A DNA stretch of 41,351 bases from contig JANQEB010000012.1 of NCBI GenBank assembly GCA_028278605.1, positions 1 through 41,351 of the forward strand, given 5' to 3'. This document shows, piece after piece, positions 1 to 7,942 of this stretch. How positions within the stretch are numbered: the stretch's first letter is position 1; each line of letters opens with the position of its first letter. The notes beneath the pieces are model-generated. The model did not search any database. It was not told the origin of the DNA and was given only the letters and a program-made list of their open reading frames with translations. Made by a program: the position numbers and the translations under genes. Origin of the DNA: Candidatus Gastranaerophilales bacterium. Lineage in GTDB: Bacteria; Cyanobacteriota; Vampirovibrionia; Gastranaerophilales; UBA9971.

Positions 1-99
1 CTACAAAGAAAGCCAGGAAAAACTTTGATAAGTGGACTGAACAACAGTTAACCGATATCTACCTTATCTTTGATCAATCAGCAGATGAAATAGCAAAGC
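1..99. repeat. Terminal direct repeat, copy 1 (identical to 41253..41351): circular-assembly overlap or terminal redundancy
   Basis: Bases 1-99 match 41253-41351 base for base, and an ORF reads through the junction. Confidence 0.95.
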
Positions 100-1022
100 G
101 TATCAATGCACAGGTTAAAGAAGGTAAAATACCACCTGCACGATTAGGCAAGCTGTATACAGATGTAACAACAGAAATCAGAACACTTAGAACTAAGCTT
201 AATTCAAAGATGCTTACCGGTGTTAATCAGTCTATAGACTTAGGAATAGAATCACAAATACGTATTCTTGATGGTAATGTACCAGGTAAAAAAGTACAGG
301 TAGGTACATCTTTCTTTGACAAGAACGGTAATATAAGAAAGTATAATCCTGTCATTCAAACAGCACAAGAATCACAGTGGGCAAAGCTACATGCTAATGC
401 GTTAAAGGCTTATATAAAGTTTTCACCTACAGGACAAACGTTATCAAGTAAAGTATGGGATTTAACATATAATGCTGAAAAGGCTATACGGTCGGCGGTT
501 ACTCGTGGTGTCATATTAGGAGATTCTCCACAAAAGCTTTCACGTGATATCAGACAATTCTTAATCGAACCAGACAAACGTTTTAGACGCATAAGAAAAG
601 GCACTAAGCTTGTACCGTCACAGGCAATGAAAGAGTATACACCAGGCAGGGGCATATATAAATCAGCATACAAGAATGCATTAAGAACAGCCAGGACAGA
701 ATATGCACGGGCTTATAATGAAGGTACAGTACAATACAGTATGTCAAAGAAGTGGATAAAGGGCTGGATATCCCGTGTACAATCAACTAATCCTGCACCA
801 TATGATTTAAGTGTTAATGGTAAGTTTTTTAAAAAGAAAGAAGGTATAGACATACCATACCATCCTAATTGTTTATGCTATGCTGAAATAGTAACAGACG
901 AAACACCATCTGATAAGCTTAAACCAGCACAGTCAAGAATTGAATTTAATAAAGAGCAATTAAAGTTAGAACGAGAGAAAAAGAGATCAAAGAAGAAAAA
1001 ATCAGATAAAAAAGCTGCCTAG
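3..1022 (+). CDS. Minor head / head morphogenesis protein (SPP1 gp7 / Mu F-like), 3' part of the junction-spanning gene
   Basis: The frame is open from base 3, so the track ORF 210..1022 is only the part after an internal Met. The C-terminal 'YHPNCLCY' resembles the HxxCxC motif of this family. The gene lies directly downstream of portal. Confidence 0.65.
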   Translation, partial: TKKARKNFDKWTEQQLTDIYLIFDQSADEIAKRINAQVKEGKIPPARLGKLYTDVTTEIRTLRTKLNSKMLTGVNQSIDLGIESQIRILDGNVPGKKVQVGTSFFDKNGNIRKYNPVIQTAQESQWAKLHANALKAYIKFSPTGQTLSSKVWDLTYNAEKAIRSAVTRGVILGDSPQKLSRDIRQFLIEPDKRFRRIRKGTKLVPSQAMKEYTPGRGIYKSAYKNALRTARTEYARAYNEGTVQYSMSKKWIKGWISRVQSTNPAPYDLSVNGKFFKKKEGIDIPYHPNCLCYAEIVTDETPSDKLKPAQSRIEFNKEQLKLEREKKRSKKKKSDKKAA

Positions 1023-1128
1023 TAAAATATCATGAAAAAGTCAAGCATATTGTATTATTTTAAGTCTTTAAGCCTATATATGGTAGTTAAGTATTCTTAA
1101 GCCACAACATGTAGTATACGTTTTTTAC

Positions 1129-1158
1129 TTGACATGATAAGATATATGTCTTTAAAAT
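1129..1158 (+). promoter_or_regulatory. Sigma70-like promoter (TTGACA, 18-nt spacer, TAAAAT)
   Basis: 'ttgaca' at 1129-1134 and 'taaaat' at 1153-1158, in a 407-bp non-coding gap. Confidence 0.5.
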
Positions 1159-1281
1159 TATGATAATATGTGTAAATTTTTTACATTTAAATTTTTTTAT
1201 ATTTAAACCCTTGCTGTGTGAGACATGTATCTAAATCCTTTTTTCTTTCAATCATCATCTGTTCTTTCTTCATTTGTTTTA

Positions 1282-1333
1282 GCCGTTAACCTCCATTCAG
1301 CTAACGGCAGTCCGTGCCCGGACAGAAAGAGAG
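1282..1333 (+). promoter_or_regulatory. Structured, locally GC-rich leader with two hairpins
   Basis: Hairpin 1: 1282-1288 'gccgtta' pairs with 1302-1308 'taacggc'. Hairpin 2: 1310-1314 'gtccg', tetraloop, 1319-1323 'cggac'. Confidence 0.45.
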
Positions 1334-1370
1334 TCGGTAGTGGCCTTGTCAACCATTGCCGATTCTTTTT
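1334..1370 (+). terminator. Intrinsic terminator/attenuator upstream of the protease-scaffold gene
   Basis: 10-bp stem, 1334-1343 'tcggtagtgg' with 1353-1362 'ccattgccga' (two G-U pairs), 9-nt loop, then 'ttcttttt'. Confidence 0.55.
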
Positions 1371-1429
1371 CACTTCACATGTGAACAACAGTAAAGTTAA
1401 CAGTAAAACCGACAAAGGAATGTAAAGAT

Positions 1430-2875
1430 ATGCCTTTACCGAACTTTCATGCAGCCAGGACAAAAAGTCCTGAGTCCTTTGATAAGATTGTAGTATTGAA
1501 AAAGCTGCCAAACGGTATCATGATTTATGGTGGTAAATTAAAAACTGATACAGCAGGTGATAGCAAACCGCAATCTTACAGATTTCCTAAAGCTAAATTT
1601 ACAATACAGCAAGCTAAATCATGGCTGTCAGAAAATAACATTAAGATAATCCTCTTTGAACCGGCTGAAGGTGATAATCCTACAGAGAAAAAAGCCAAGG
1701 ATACCAAAGATGACAAGGGCAAAGGTGCTGATAAAGATATTAAGGAATCAAAATCTATTCACCTGGAAGAAAGTAGCAATGGCTTAAAAGACATCTTTGA
1801 AGACGGCATAGACAGTGAAGCCAATTTTAATATACTGACAAATCTTTCTGAATCTAAGGTGGACCCTGAAAACATGATTATCCGTGATGTTGTTGTATTA
1901 TCAAAAGTGTCATATGATACAGCAGGGAAGGTAAGGCGCAGATATACAGACAATGCGCTAAAGAGTGCAATTTCAGTATTTGAAGGTGCACCAGCTTATA
2001 TTAACCATGATAAGAAGAGATCAAGAAGTATAGACGGTCGTGGTATTAATGGTATGTATGGTGCATATAAAGGTTTAAGAGATGTTGGTAATAAAGTGAA
2101 GGCCGACTTACATTGCTTTGATTGTGCTGAATCTCGTAAGATAATGTCAATTGCTATGACAGCTCCGGACGTAGCAGGCAATTCAATACATGCTGCTGGA
2201 CGTGGACGGATAGAAAGTGGTGTTGAAGTTATTGAAGAAATCTTGCCTAGAACAAAGTGGGGACACAAGCCAAGTATTGATATGGTGCGTGACCCTGCTA
2301 CAACTATGAACATATTTGAAGACAGTTTACTTGATGACAATAGCGATAATAACAATAATAATAGGAGATCGAAAACAATGAATTATAAAGACATTGAAAT
2401 CAATGAAATGAAGTTAAGACGGCCTGATATTGTTTCTATGTTTCAGGATGAAGGCGCAGTGTCACGTGATGACGAAATCAAAACCTTGACTGAAGAGCGT
2501 GATACCTTAAAGACTGAAAACGATAAGCTGAAAGGCAAAGTGGATGTCTTTGAAGCCAAAGCAAACATGTCAGAAAAGACAGAACTTGTTAACCGGCTGA
2601 TTGATGAAGTCAAATTGCCAAAAGAAGTAATCACAGATCTTTTCAAAAGCCAGCTGATGCAGGTTGAAGAAGCCAAAGATGGTGATAAGGTTATTACGGT
2701 TGAGGAGCAGATTAAAAGTTTGCTTGCTGACCGGAAAGCTATTGCAGGAAATAAAGGCGTGCGGAACATGGGCAGTCATCAGACTGAGATTACAAACCTG
2801 AATGAAAACAAAGGCAATGACACCATTGATATCAATGATGACAAAACTTTTGTGAATGCCTTAAGAAGGCGTTAA
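1430..2875 (+). CDS. Putative prohead protease / scaffolding fusion protein
   Basis: Lies between the minor head and capsid genes. The central 'ALKSAISVFEGAPAYINHD' region looks like HK97-type prohead protease. The C-terminus has a charged coiled coil (EERDTLKTENDKLKGK). Confidence 0.45.
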   Translation: MPLPNFHAARTKSPESFDKIVVLKKLPNGIMIYGGKLKTDTAGDSKPQSYRFPKAKFTIQQAKSWLSENNIKIILFEPAEGDNPTEKKAKDTKDDKGKGADKDIKESKSIHLEESSNGLKDIFEDGIDSEANFNILTNLSESKVDPENMIIRDVVVLSKVSYDTAGKVRRRYTDNALKSAISVFEGAPAYINHDKKRSRSIDGRGINGMYGAYKGLRDVGNKVKADLHCFDCAESRKIMSIAMTAPDVAGNSIHAAGRGRIESGVEVIEEILPRTKWGHKPSIDMVRDPATTMNIFEDSLLDDNSDNNNNNRRSKTMNYKDIEINEMKLRRPDIVSMFQDEGAVSRDDEIKTLTEERDTLKTENDKLKGKVDVFEAKANMSEKTELVNRLIDEVKLPKEVITDLFKSQLMQVEEAKDGDKVITVEEQIKSLLADRKAIAGNKGVRNMGSHQTEITNLNENKGNDTIDINDDKTFVNALRRR

Positions 2876-2905
2876 CCGTTAAAGCTTTTGTATGGGTTAA
2901 AGCTT

Positions 2906-2923
2906 TTATATAGTACGATATAA
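2906..2923. promoter_or_regulatory. 18-bp quasi-palindromic motif, AGTACG class (TTATATAGTACGATATAA)
   Basis: Exact consensus. Intergenic, upstream of 2979. Confidence 0.8.
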
Positions 2924-2978
2924 ATATTTATTAAAATTTTTACTTAACCAAAAACCATAAATAATAGGAGTAAATAAA

Positions 2979-3449
2979 ATGGTAAATCGAAATTCTTTTA
3001 GAACCGGAAAGCCGGTTATTATTGATGTAACTATGCCTTTTGCTACAGCGGTTGAACAGGGTGATATGCTGAAAGCTGCTTTGTCTTCAGGTGTCTGGGG
3101 CGCAATTGATATATGTGATGCACGCCTTGATGCACCTGTGCTTGTTGCACTTGAAGAGCATGTTGCTGCTGCGTCTGCTGCTGCTGATACACGGCCTAAA
3201 ATTGCGTGTGCCCTTGTTTCAAATGATGCTGTATATGAATATCTGGTGGATAATGCTGATTATGCTTCTGACATTACGGTCGGTGATCGTTTTGAAGTTA
3301 CTGCACGCAAGCAGCTTGGACTTGTGACAGAAGATAAGGAAGGTATCGCAATGGCAGTTGAAGCACGTGCAGCAGTGGCAAGTGGTGTTGTCCGGTATTG
3401 CAAAGTTGTATTTATGCAGCCTGCACAGTTTGGCGGTCTTGTAACTTAA
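2979..3449 (+). CDS. Hypothetical head-module protein (Ala-rich; possible decoration or accessory protein)
   Basis: Strong RBS 'ataggag'. Lies between the scaffold and capsid genes. Confidence 0.5.
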   Translation: MVNRNSFRTGKPVIIDVTMPFATAVEQGDMLKAALSSGVWGAIDICDARLDAPVLVALEEHVAAASAAADTRPKIACALVSNDAVYEYLVDNADYASDITVGDRFEVTARKQLGLVTEDKEGIAMAVEARAAVASGVVRYCKVVFMQPAQFGGLVT

Positions 3450-3530
3450 GAGTTATTAACTCAATAGTTATCAAGATTAAGAAGCGATTGATGTTAAATA
3501 GCATATAACTAAAAATAAGGAGTTTATAAA

Positions 3531-4649
3531 ATGTTTGATAAAAATGGAAATCAGCACAGTATACGGGACATTTTTGAAAGCTGTGTAAATGAACATGGAC
3601 CGGCATCAGGTGCAAATTATTTCAACAATAAAATCCGTGACCTTGTTGAAGGTGTAGCAGATGTCAACGATGGTCAGCCACAGTTGAGACCTGAAGATTT
3701 CAGTCTTAAAGAAATCTATGAAGCCGTTGGACCTTCAACCTTTCCAGTAACCACAGGTACACTTATAAGCAAAAAGGTAATGGATGCTTATACACTTGCA
3801 TCAAAGAAGCTCGATAAACTGGTAACACCTTTTGATTCAAACCTTGAGGTTGACCGTGTACCGGGAATGTACACTGAAGGTGATTTGAAACCGATTCGGC
3901 CTGGTCAGCCTTATGATCATTCAGGGGATATCAAGGAAAAGTATGTACAGGTGGTCGGTGAAAAACGTGGTGCTATTCTTGATATCACTGAAGAAATGGT
4001 AACATTTGATCAGACCGGGATTGCCCTAATGCAGGCTTCTCAATTCGGTGAACGTGCTGCGCAGGACCGTGAAAAGCGTGGTATGCTTACTATTCAGGAT
4101 GCAACATACCAGGGTGACAATTATTATGCCTGGTATCCTGCTGCAACTCGTGTAGCTCTTTACAGTACATCAACCACAGCTCCGCACAGGCATTCAAACC
4201 AGGTGACAAATGCCCTTGCTGCCTGGGATGATATAGACGCAGCCGACAAACTTCTTGGACTTATGGAAGCTGAAAACGGTGATGCTTTGGATATTGAAGC
4301 AAATGTCATACTTGTTCCAAGAGCTTTGAAAACTCTTGCAAAACGACTCATTCTGAACACACAGCTTGTTGGTGGCAGTAATGAAGAAATGAATCCTTTT
4401 GCGAATGCTGTTGAAGTTATTGATTCAACATGGCTGGATAAAGTAAGTTCAACTGCCTGGTACTGGGGAGACTTTAAGAAGCAGTTTGTTGAAAAAGTCG
4501 TATATCCGCTTCAGGTAATGGTAAAGAACATGCAGGACAATCAGGACGGTTTTGAGCGTGACATTTTCGCTTCATATAAAGTACGTCATTATACACAGGT
4601 AGCTGCTACTGATTTTACAAATGTTGTAAAATCAACTGGTGCTTCTTAA
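3531..4649 (+). CDS. Major capsid protein (putative)
   Basis: 372 aa, strong RBS 'aaggag', synteny after protease/scaffold, followed by a terminator-like hairpin. Confidence 0.6.
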   Translation: MFDKNGNQHSIRDIFESCVNEHGPASGANYFNNKIRDLVEGVADVNDGQPQLRPEDFSLKEIYEAVGPSTFPVTTGTLISKKVMDAYTLASKKLDKLVTPFDSNLEVDRVPGMYTEGDLKPIRPGQPYDHSGDIKEKYVQVVGEKRGAILDITEEMVTFDQTGIALMQASQFGERAAQDREKRGMLTIQDATYQGDNYYAWYPAATRVALYSTSTTAPHRHSNQVTNALAAWDDIDAADKLLGLMEAENGDALDIEANVILVPRALKTLAKRLILNTQLVGGSNEEMNPFANAVEVIDSTWLDKVSSTAWYWGDFKKQFVEKVVYPLQVMVKNMQDNQDGFERDIFASYKVRHYTQVAATDFTNVVKSTGAS

Positions 4650-4672
4650 GCCGTACCCATAACGTTAAGCAG

Positions 4673-4728
4673 AAAAGGGGATAACGGAATAGTCAGAATA
4701 AACCGATTGTTCCTTGTCCCTTTTTTTT
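4673..4728 (+). terminator. Probable intrinsic terminator after the capsid gene
   Basis: Imperfect long hairpin ('aaaagggg' ... 'cccttttttt') ending in a T8 run at 4721-4728. Confidence 0.45.
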
Positions 4729-4757
4729 ATAAGAATAATCAAGAGGATAGTTAAACC

Positions 4758-4785
4758 AAAGGATGAACTCAAAAGGATGAACTCA
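4758..4785 (+). repeat. 14-bp perfect tandem duplication 'aaaggatgaactca' x2 immediately upstream of a start codon
   Basis: 4758-4771 equals 4772-4785. Each copy contains an SD-like 'aagga' and a short ATG...TGA uORF. Confidence 0.9.
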
Positions 4786-4787
4786 AA

Positions 4788-5318
4788 ATGAATTTTCTTA
4801 AAAAAACAATCCAAATCATTTTAGCTTTTCTTATTATGGTATTTTGTATCGTACCATATAATAGTGCGTTTGGTGCTGACGGTGAAGTTGTTACAACTGA
4901 ACTTTTAGGAACATCAAGAAATAAAGGCACACTGGTTGTCAAGGTCACTTGGACAGCAGCAGCAGGTGGCACTAAAGCAAATTTTGTTTTTAGAACTTCG
5001 ACAAGCTGTACAGGTTCAATGTCATGCTCTGAGATTATGGACAGCTTAACCGGTCAAGGTTATTACCTTTATGCAGTTCGCACTATACCAGGCACTACAG
5101 CACCAGCAGCTAATTATGACATAACAATAATCGATACAGAATCAGTTGATATAATGGGCGGTAAGCTGGCAAACAGAAGTGCTACAGCAGCCGAATATGT
5201 AACAGCACCAGGGAGTCCACAACCTATTTATGATGATCTTACAATCACATGGGCTAATGTAACAAATGCTAATTGTACTGGTACTGTTTATTTGCTATTT
5301 GCTTTATATCCGAATTAA
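4788..5318 (+). CDS. Secreted protein with N-terminal signal peptide, unknown function
   Basis: 'MNFLKKTIQIILAFLIMVFCIVPYNSAFG/ADGE' is signal-peptide-like. The mature part is beta-rich and Thr/Ala-rich. Confidence 0.6.
   Translation: MNFLKKTIQIILAFLIMVFCIVPYNSAFGADGEVVTTELLGTSRNKGTLVVKVTWTAAAGGTKANFVFRTSTSCTGSMSCSEIMDSLTGQGYYLYAVRTIPGTTAPAANYDITIIDTESVDIMGGKLANRSATAAEYVTAPGSPQPIYDDLTITWANVTNANCTGTVYLLFALYPN
4844..4861. promoter_or_regulatory. Degenerate copy of the 18-bp motif inside a CDS (TTGTATCGTACCATATAA)
   Basis: 16 of 18 match, and it shares the upstream 'attt' with the copies at 23079 and 30144. Confidence 0.4.
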
Positions 5319-5342
5319 AACCAATAAAAGGAATCAATAAAT

Positions 5343-5371
5343 AAAGGAAATTATTAAAAAGGAAATTATTA
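5343..5371 (+). repeat. Tandem duplication 'aaaggaaattatta' x2 (15-bp period) upstream of a start codon
   Basis: 5343-5356 and 5358-5371 are identical. The ATG is at 5374. Confidence 0.9.
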
Positions 5372-5373
5372 AA

Positions 5374-6435
5374 ATGAAAAAAATATTTTTATTGATATTA
5401 ACATTTTTTCTGCTTATTGGTATTTCTTTTGCTGGTCCACCTATTTATAGTACTGATGTAGCAGACGTTGATATTTCCACAACATCAAATGACACTGAAT
5501 TACTTTTCAATTCAGATAATGTTATAACCGGAGATGCTAATTTAGTATATGATGCTGACACTGATACTTTAGAGCTAAGAGATACTTTTAATATTTATGA
5601 CAGCACTACACCTGCGACATATTCTATTATTAAACAATCTGATGCTGAAGGCATAACAGATACAAGCCAATTAAGAATAGGTCTTGATGCTACTGATTAT
5701 AGATTAACTATTTTGCCTGCATCTTTAATTGACATTGATGCAGGTCTAGAAGCTGCAACTATTCCTATTATAACTATCTCAGACAACACAGGTGCTTATT
5801 TGGGCCACTATACTGCGATTGGCTTTGAGGGCAATTATTCATATACTATAAGTGCGCCAGTAGCGACTTTTCTTCAAAACGTTGACGGTGGTGGTGCAAT
5901 TTTTTCTTTTTCAAGAGCTTCAGGAGCACATGTTGTTAATAGTTCTGGTCTTAGTAGATTTGTATCTATAACAGCAGATTATGATCAAACTGGAACAGCA
6001 GGAAGTGCAGATCTTTATGTCAACAGAACTGAGACTAATCTAGGTTCAGGTGAACATAATTTTATCAGGTGTGACATTGATAATGTCCAAAAGTGGGGAG
6101 TGAGTCATGTCGGAAAAATTAATGTTGTCTGGTCTAATCCTACACAACTTGCAGCCAATACAAATAACTGGGATCTATCAACGTTTACTTCCCATATAAG
6201 ACTGGATGCTGATGGCAATCATAATATAACAGGTATTGTAGCTGAAGAAGATGGAGCTATAATTTATCTGGTTAATATTAGTGCTAATTCACCAGTTCTC
6301 AAGGATCAAGATGCTAACTCAACAGCAGCCAATAGAATCATCACTACAACTGGGGGAGATTTTACTATGGCACAAGATGCGAGCTGCACTTTAATTTACG
6401 ATTCAACAACTGCCAGGTGGAGGCAACAGAATTAA
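5374..6435 (+). CDS. Secreted protein with signal peptide, unknown function (beta-rich, possibly beta-helical)
   Basis: 'MKKIFLLILTFFLLIGISFAG/PP' signal peptide. Asp/Thr/Asn-rich repetitive sequence. Confidence 0.6.
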   Translation: MKKIFLLILTFFLLIGISFAGPPIYSTDVADVDISTTSNDTELLFNSDNVITGDANLVYDADTDTLELRDTFNIYDSTTPATYSIIKQSDAEGITDTSQLRIGLDATDYRLTILPASLIDIDAGLEAATIPIITISDNTGAYLGHYTAIGFEGNYSYTISAPVATFLQNVDGGGAIFSFSRASGAHVVNSSGLSRFVSITADYDQTGTAGSADLYVNRTETNLGSGEHNFIRCDIDNVQKWGVSHVGKINVVWSNPTQLAANTNNWDLSTFTSHIRLDADGNHNITGIVAEEDGAIIYLVNISANSPVLKDQDANSTAANRIITTTGGDFTMAQDASCTLIYDSTTARWRQQN

Positions 6436-6452
6436 CAAGGAGAGATTCTATT

Positions 6453-6764
6453 ATGAAGAACATTTTTTATTTAATAATTGTTTGTATTTTTGCGATGGGA
6501 GCTATTGCAGCCGAATATAAAGCCGTTACTGCTGACAATACAGTTGATCATATTGATAAAGTTATGGTCGAAAAAACAGATACAATTGAAAGCAAGGAAA
6601 CGACAAGTATTGAATCTTTAAAAGTTAAAAGGGAAATAAGATTAAATAAAATTGCTATCCTTCAATTTCAAATATCAATACTACAAGAAGAGGTTGCTGT
6701 AATTGATTCTGAAATAATTGCAATAACACCTGAAGCAAGTAAAGTTATTTTAAAGAAAAATTAA
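6453..6764 (+). CDS. Small protein with N-terminal TM or signal anchor plus coiled coil (i-spanin-like architecture, speculative)
   Basis: ATG 6453 follows RBS 'aaggagag', whereas the track start 6417 is a GTG inside the previous gene. Sequence: 'MKNIFYLIIVCIFAMGAIAA' followed by heptad-like residues. Confidence 0.5.
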   Translation: MKNIFYLIIVCIFAMGAIAAEYKAVTADNTVDHIDKVMVEKTDTIESKETTSIESLKVKREIRLNKIAILQFQISILQEEVAVIDSEIIAITPEASKVILKKN

Positions 6765-6779
6765 CGAGTATAAATTTAA

Positions 6780-7223
6780 ATGGAAAATTTCAAAGGAAAA
6801 ATATTAAAGAAAGAAATTAAAACCTTTAACGTTGATCTTTTTGCACCTACTGAATATGTGAAGGACTATACTAAAAACCCCGGAAGACTAGCACACATTG
6901 TCAATGGTTGTGGAGCTGCTGGTGCTAAATTTGATTTTGTTCCGGACTCTATATATGGTTTATCGATTAAAGAAGCTTGTAACATTCATGACTATATGTA
7001 TCATGTAGGTGATAACTCAGAGGATAAAATAATATCAGACAGAGTTTTCTTTTATAATACAATAAGAATAATTGACGGAAATGGCGGTCCATTAAAACTA
7101 TTTAGAAAGTTAAGGGCGTTATGGTATTTTTTATCTGTCAATTTTTTTGGTGGTCCTGCTTATTGGAAGACTAAAAATGAAGCAGGTAATATTATAAAGG
7201 TTAAGATAGAAAGTAAATGGTAA
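6780..7223 (+). CDS. Phospholipase A2-like protein (prokaryotic/secreted PLA2 His-Asp motif)
   Basis: 'NGCGAAG' Gly-rich loop, 'ACNIHDYMY' (CxxHDxxY catalytic motif), then 'DKIISDRVFFYN' and a C-terminal 'W.Y...V.FFG', in the order seen in PLA2 families. Confidence 0.45.
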   Translation: MENFKGKILKKEIKTFNVDLFAPTEYVKDYTKNPGRLAHIVNGCGAAGAKFDFVPDSIYGLSIKEACNIHDYMYHVGDNSEDKIISDRVFFYNTIRIIDGNGGPLKLFRKLRALWYFLSVNFFGGPAYWKTKNEAGNIIKVKIESKW

Positions 7224-7231
7224 ATAAGGTA

Positions 7232-7548
7232 ATGACAAATAAGCCAATGACAAGCAAGACAATTATAATCTTTATTCTTTGCCTGTTCATTAATGGTTTA
7301 TTCTTTGCCTGTTCATTAATGGTTGTGGATGGTTCAACATTCCTACAACTATTGAAAAACCAAATGGTCTAAAATATAAAGTTTCAAGCAAGTCTGATAG
7401 TACAGTTGAATATGTAGCTGAAGATAAGGATGGAAATAAAATTACAATTAGAGTTGATAATTCAGGTAGACCAAATCTTTTAGAATCATTTGTTACAGCA
7501 GTACTTGTAATGCTTAAAGATACAACTGTAAAAATAGAAGATGATTAA
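7232..7548 (+). pseudogene. Putative lipoprotein gene disrupted by a 26-bp tandem duplication
   Basis: The frame from ATG 7232 stops at 7370-7372. Removing one 26-bp repeat copy restores a single ORF to TAA 7546-7548 with an 'IILFILCLFINGC' lipobox-like N-terminus. Confidence 0.6.
7271..7322. repeat. Perfect 26-bp tandem duplication 'tttattctttgcctgttcattaatgg' x2
   Basis: 7271-7296 is identical to 7297-7322. The length is not a multiple of 3. Confidence 0.95.
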
Positions 7549-7559
7549 AAAGTTTTGTC

Positions 7560-7940
7560 ATGGATGACTGGATATTAAATGGAGTACAAAAAATCATGTC
7601 ATCAATAACTTTTAGTCCTGATATATTAACAAGTCTTTTATCAAATGCTTTTATTCTTTTTTTAATAGGCTATATTATTAGAAGGGGAGATACTAGGATA
7701 ACAACTCTTGATGATAAGAAAGCAGATGAAGCACAGTGTCTCTTAAAGCATAAAGGCGTAGAAAAGGATTTAAAACGTGGTGAAAAAAAGTTTGAAGCTA
7801 TAATGGAGACTCAAGAAGTTATAAAAGCGCATCTGTCAGATCAATCTCAATATATTGCTTTAATGCGTCAATCAATTGAAGCTATAGAAAAACATATTGA
7901 AGAAGAAGTCAACATAAACAAAAAGGGGAGTGGTGATTAA
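7560..7940 (+). CDS. Membrane protein with one TM helix and a charged coiled-coil tail (holin- or spanin-like candidate)
   Basis: TM segment 'LLSNAFILFLIGYII'. The alternative start ATG 7596 has a 'ggag' upstream. Confidence 0.4.
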   Translation: MDDWILNGVQKIMSSITFSPDILTSLLSNAFILFLIGYIIRRGDTRITTLDDKKADEAQCLLKHKGVEKDLKRGEKKFEAIMETQEVIKAHLSDQSQYIALMRQSIEAIEKHIEEEVNINKKGSGD

Positions 7941-7942
7941 AT

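Noticed and set aside
1225-1425. 66-aa ORF in the 1023-1429 gap as a real gene, or a tRNA in the GC-rich part
   Set aside because: There is no SD before ATG 1225 and the ORF is crossed by three stable hairpins and a terminator. No cloverleaf, T-loop (GTTCRA) or anticodon arm could be drawn.
3091-3327. Plus-strand overlapping ORFs in alternative frames (3091..3327, 34409..34591, 38903..39136)
   Set aside because: They are fully embedded in longer genes with family-level motifs, and they have no RBS and a biased Leu/Met composition.
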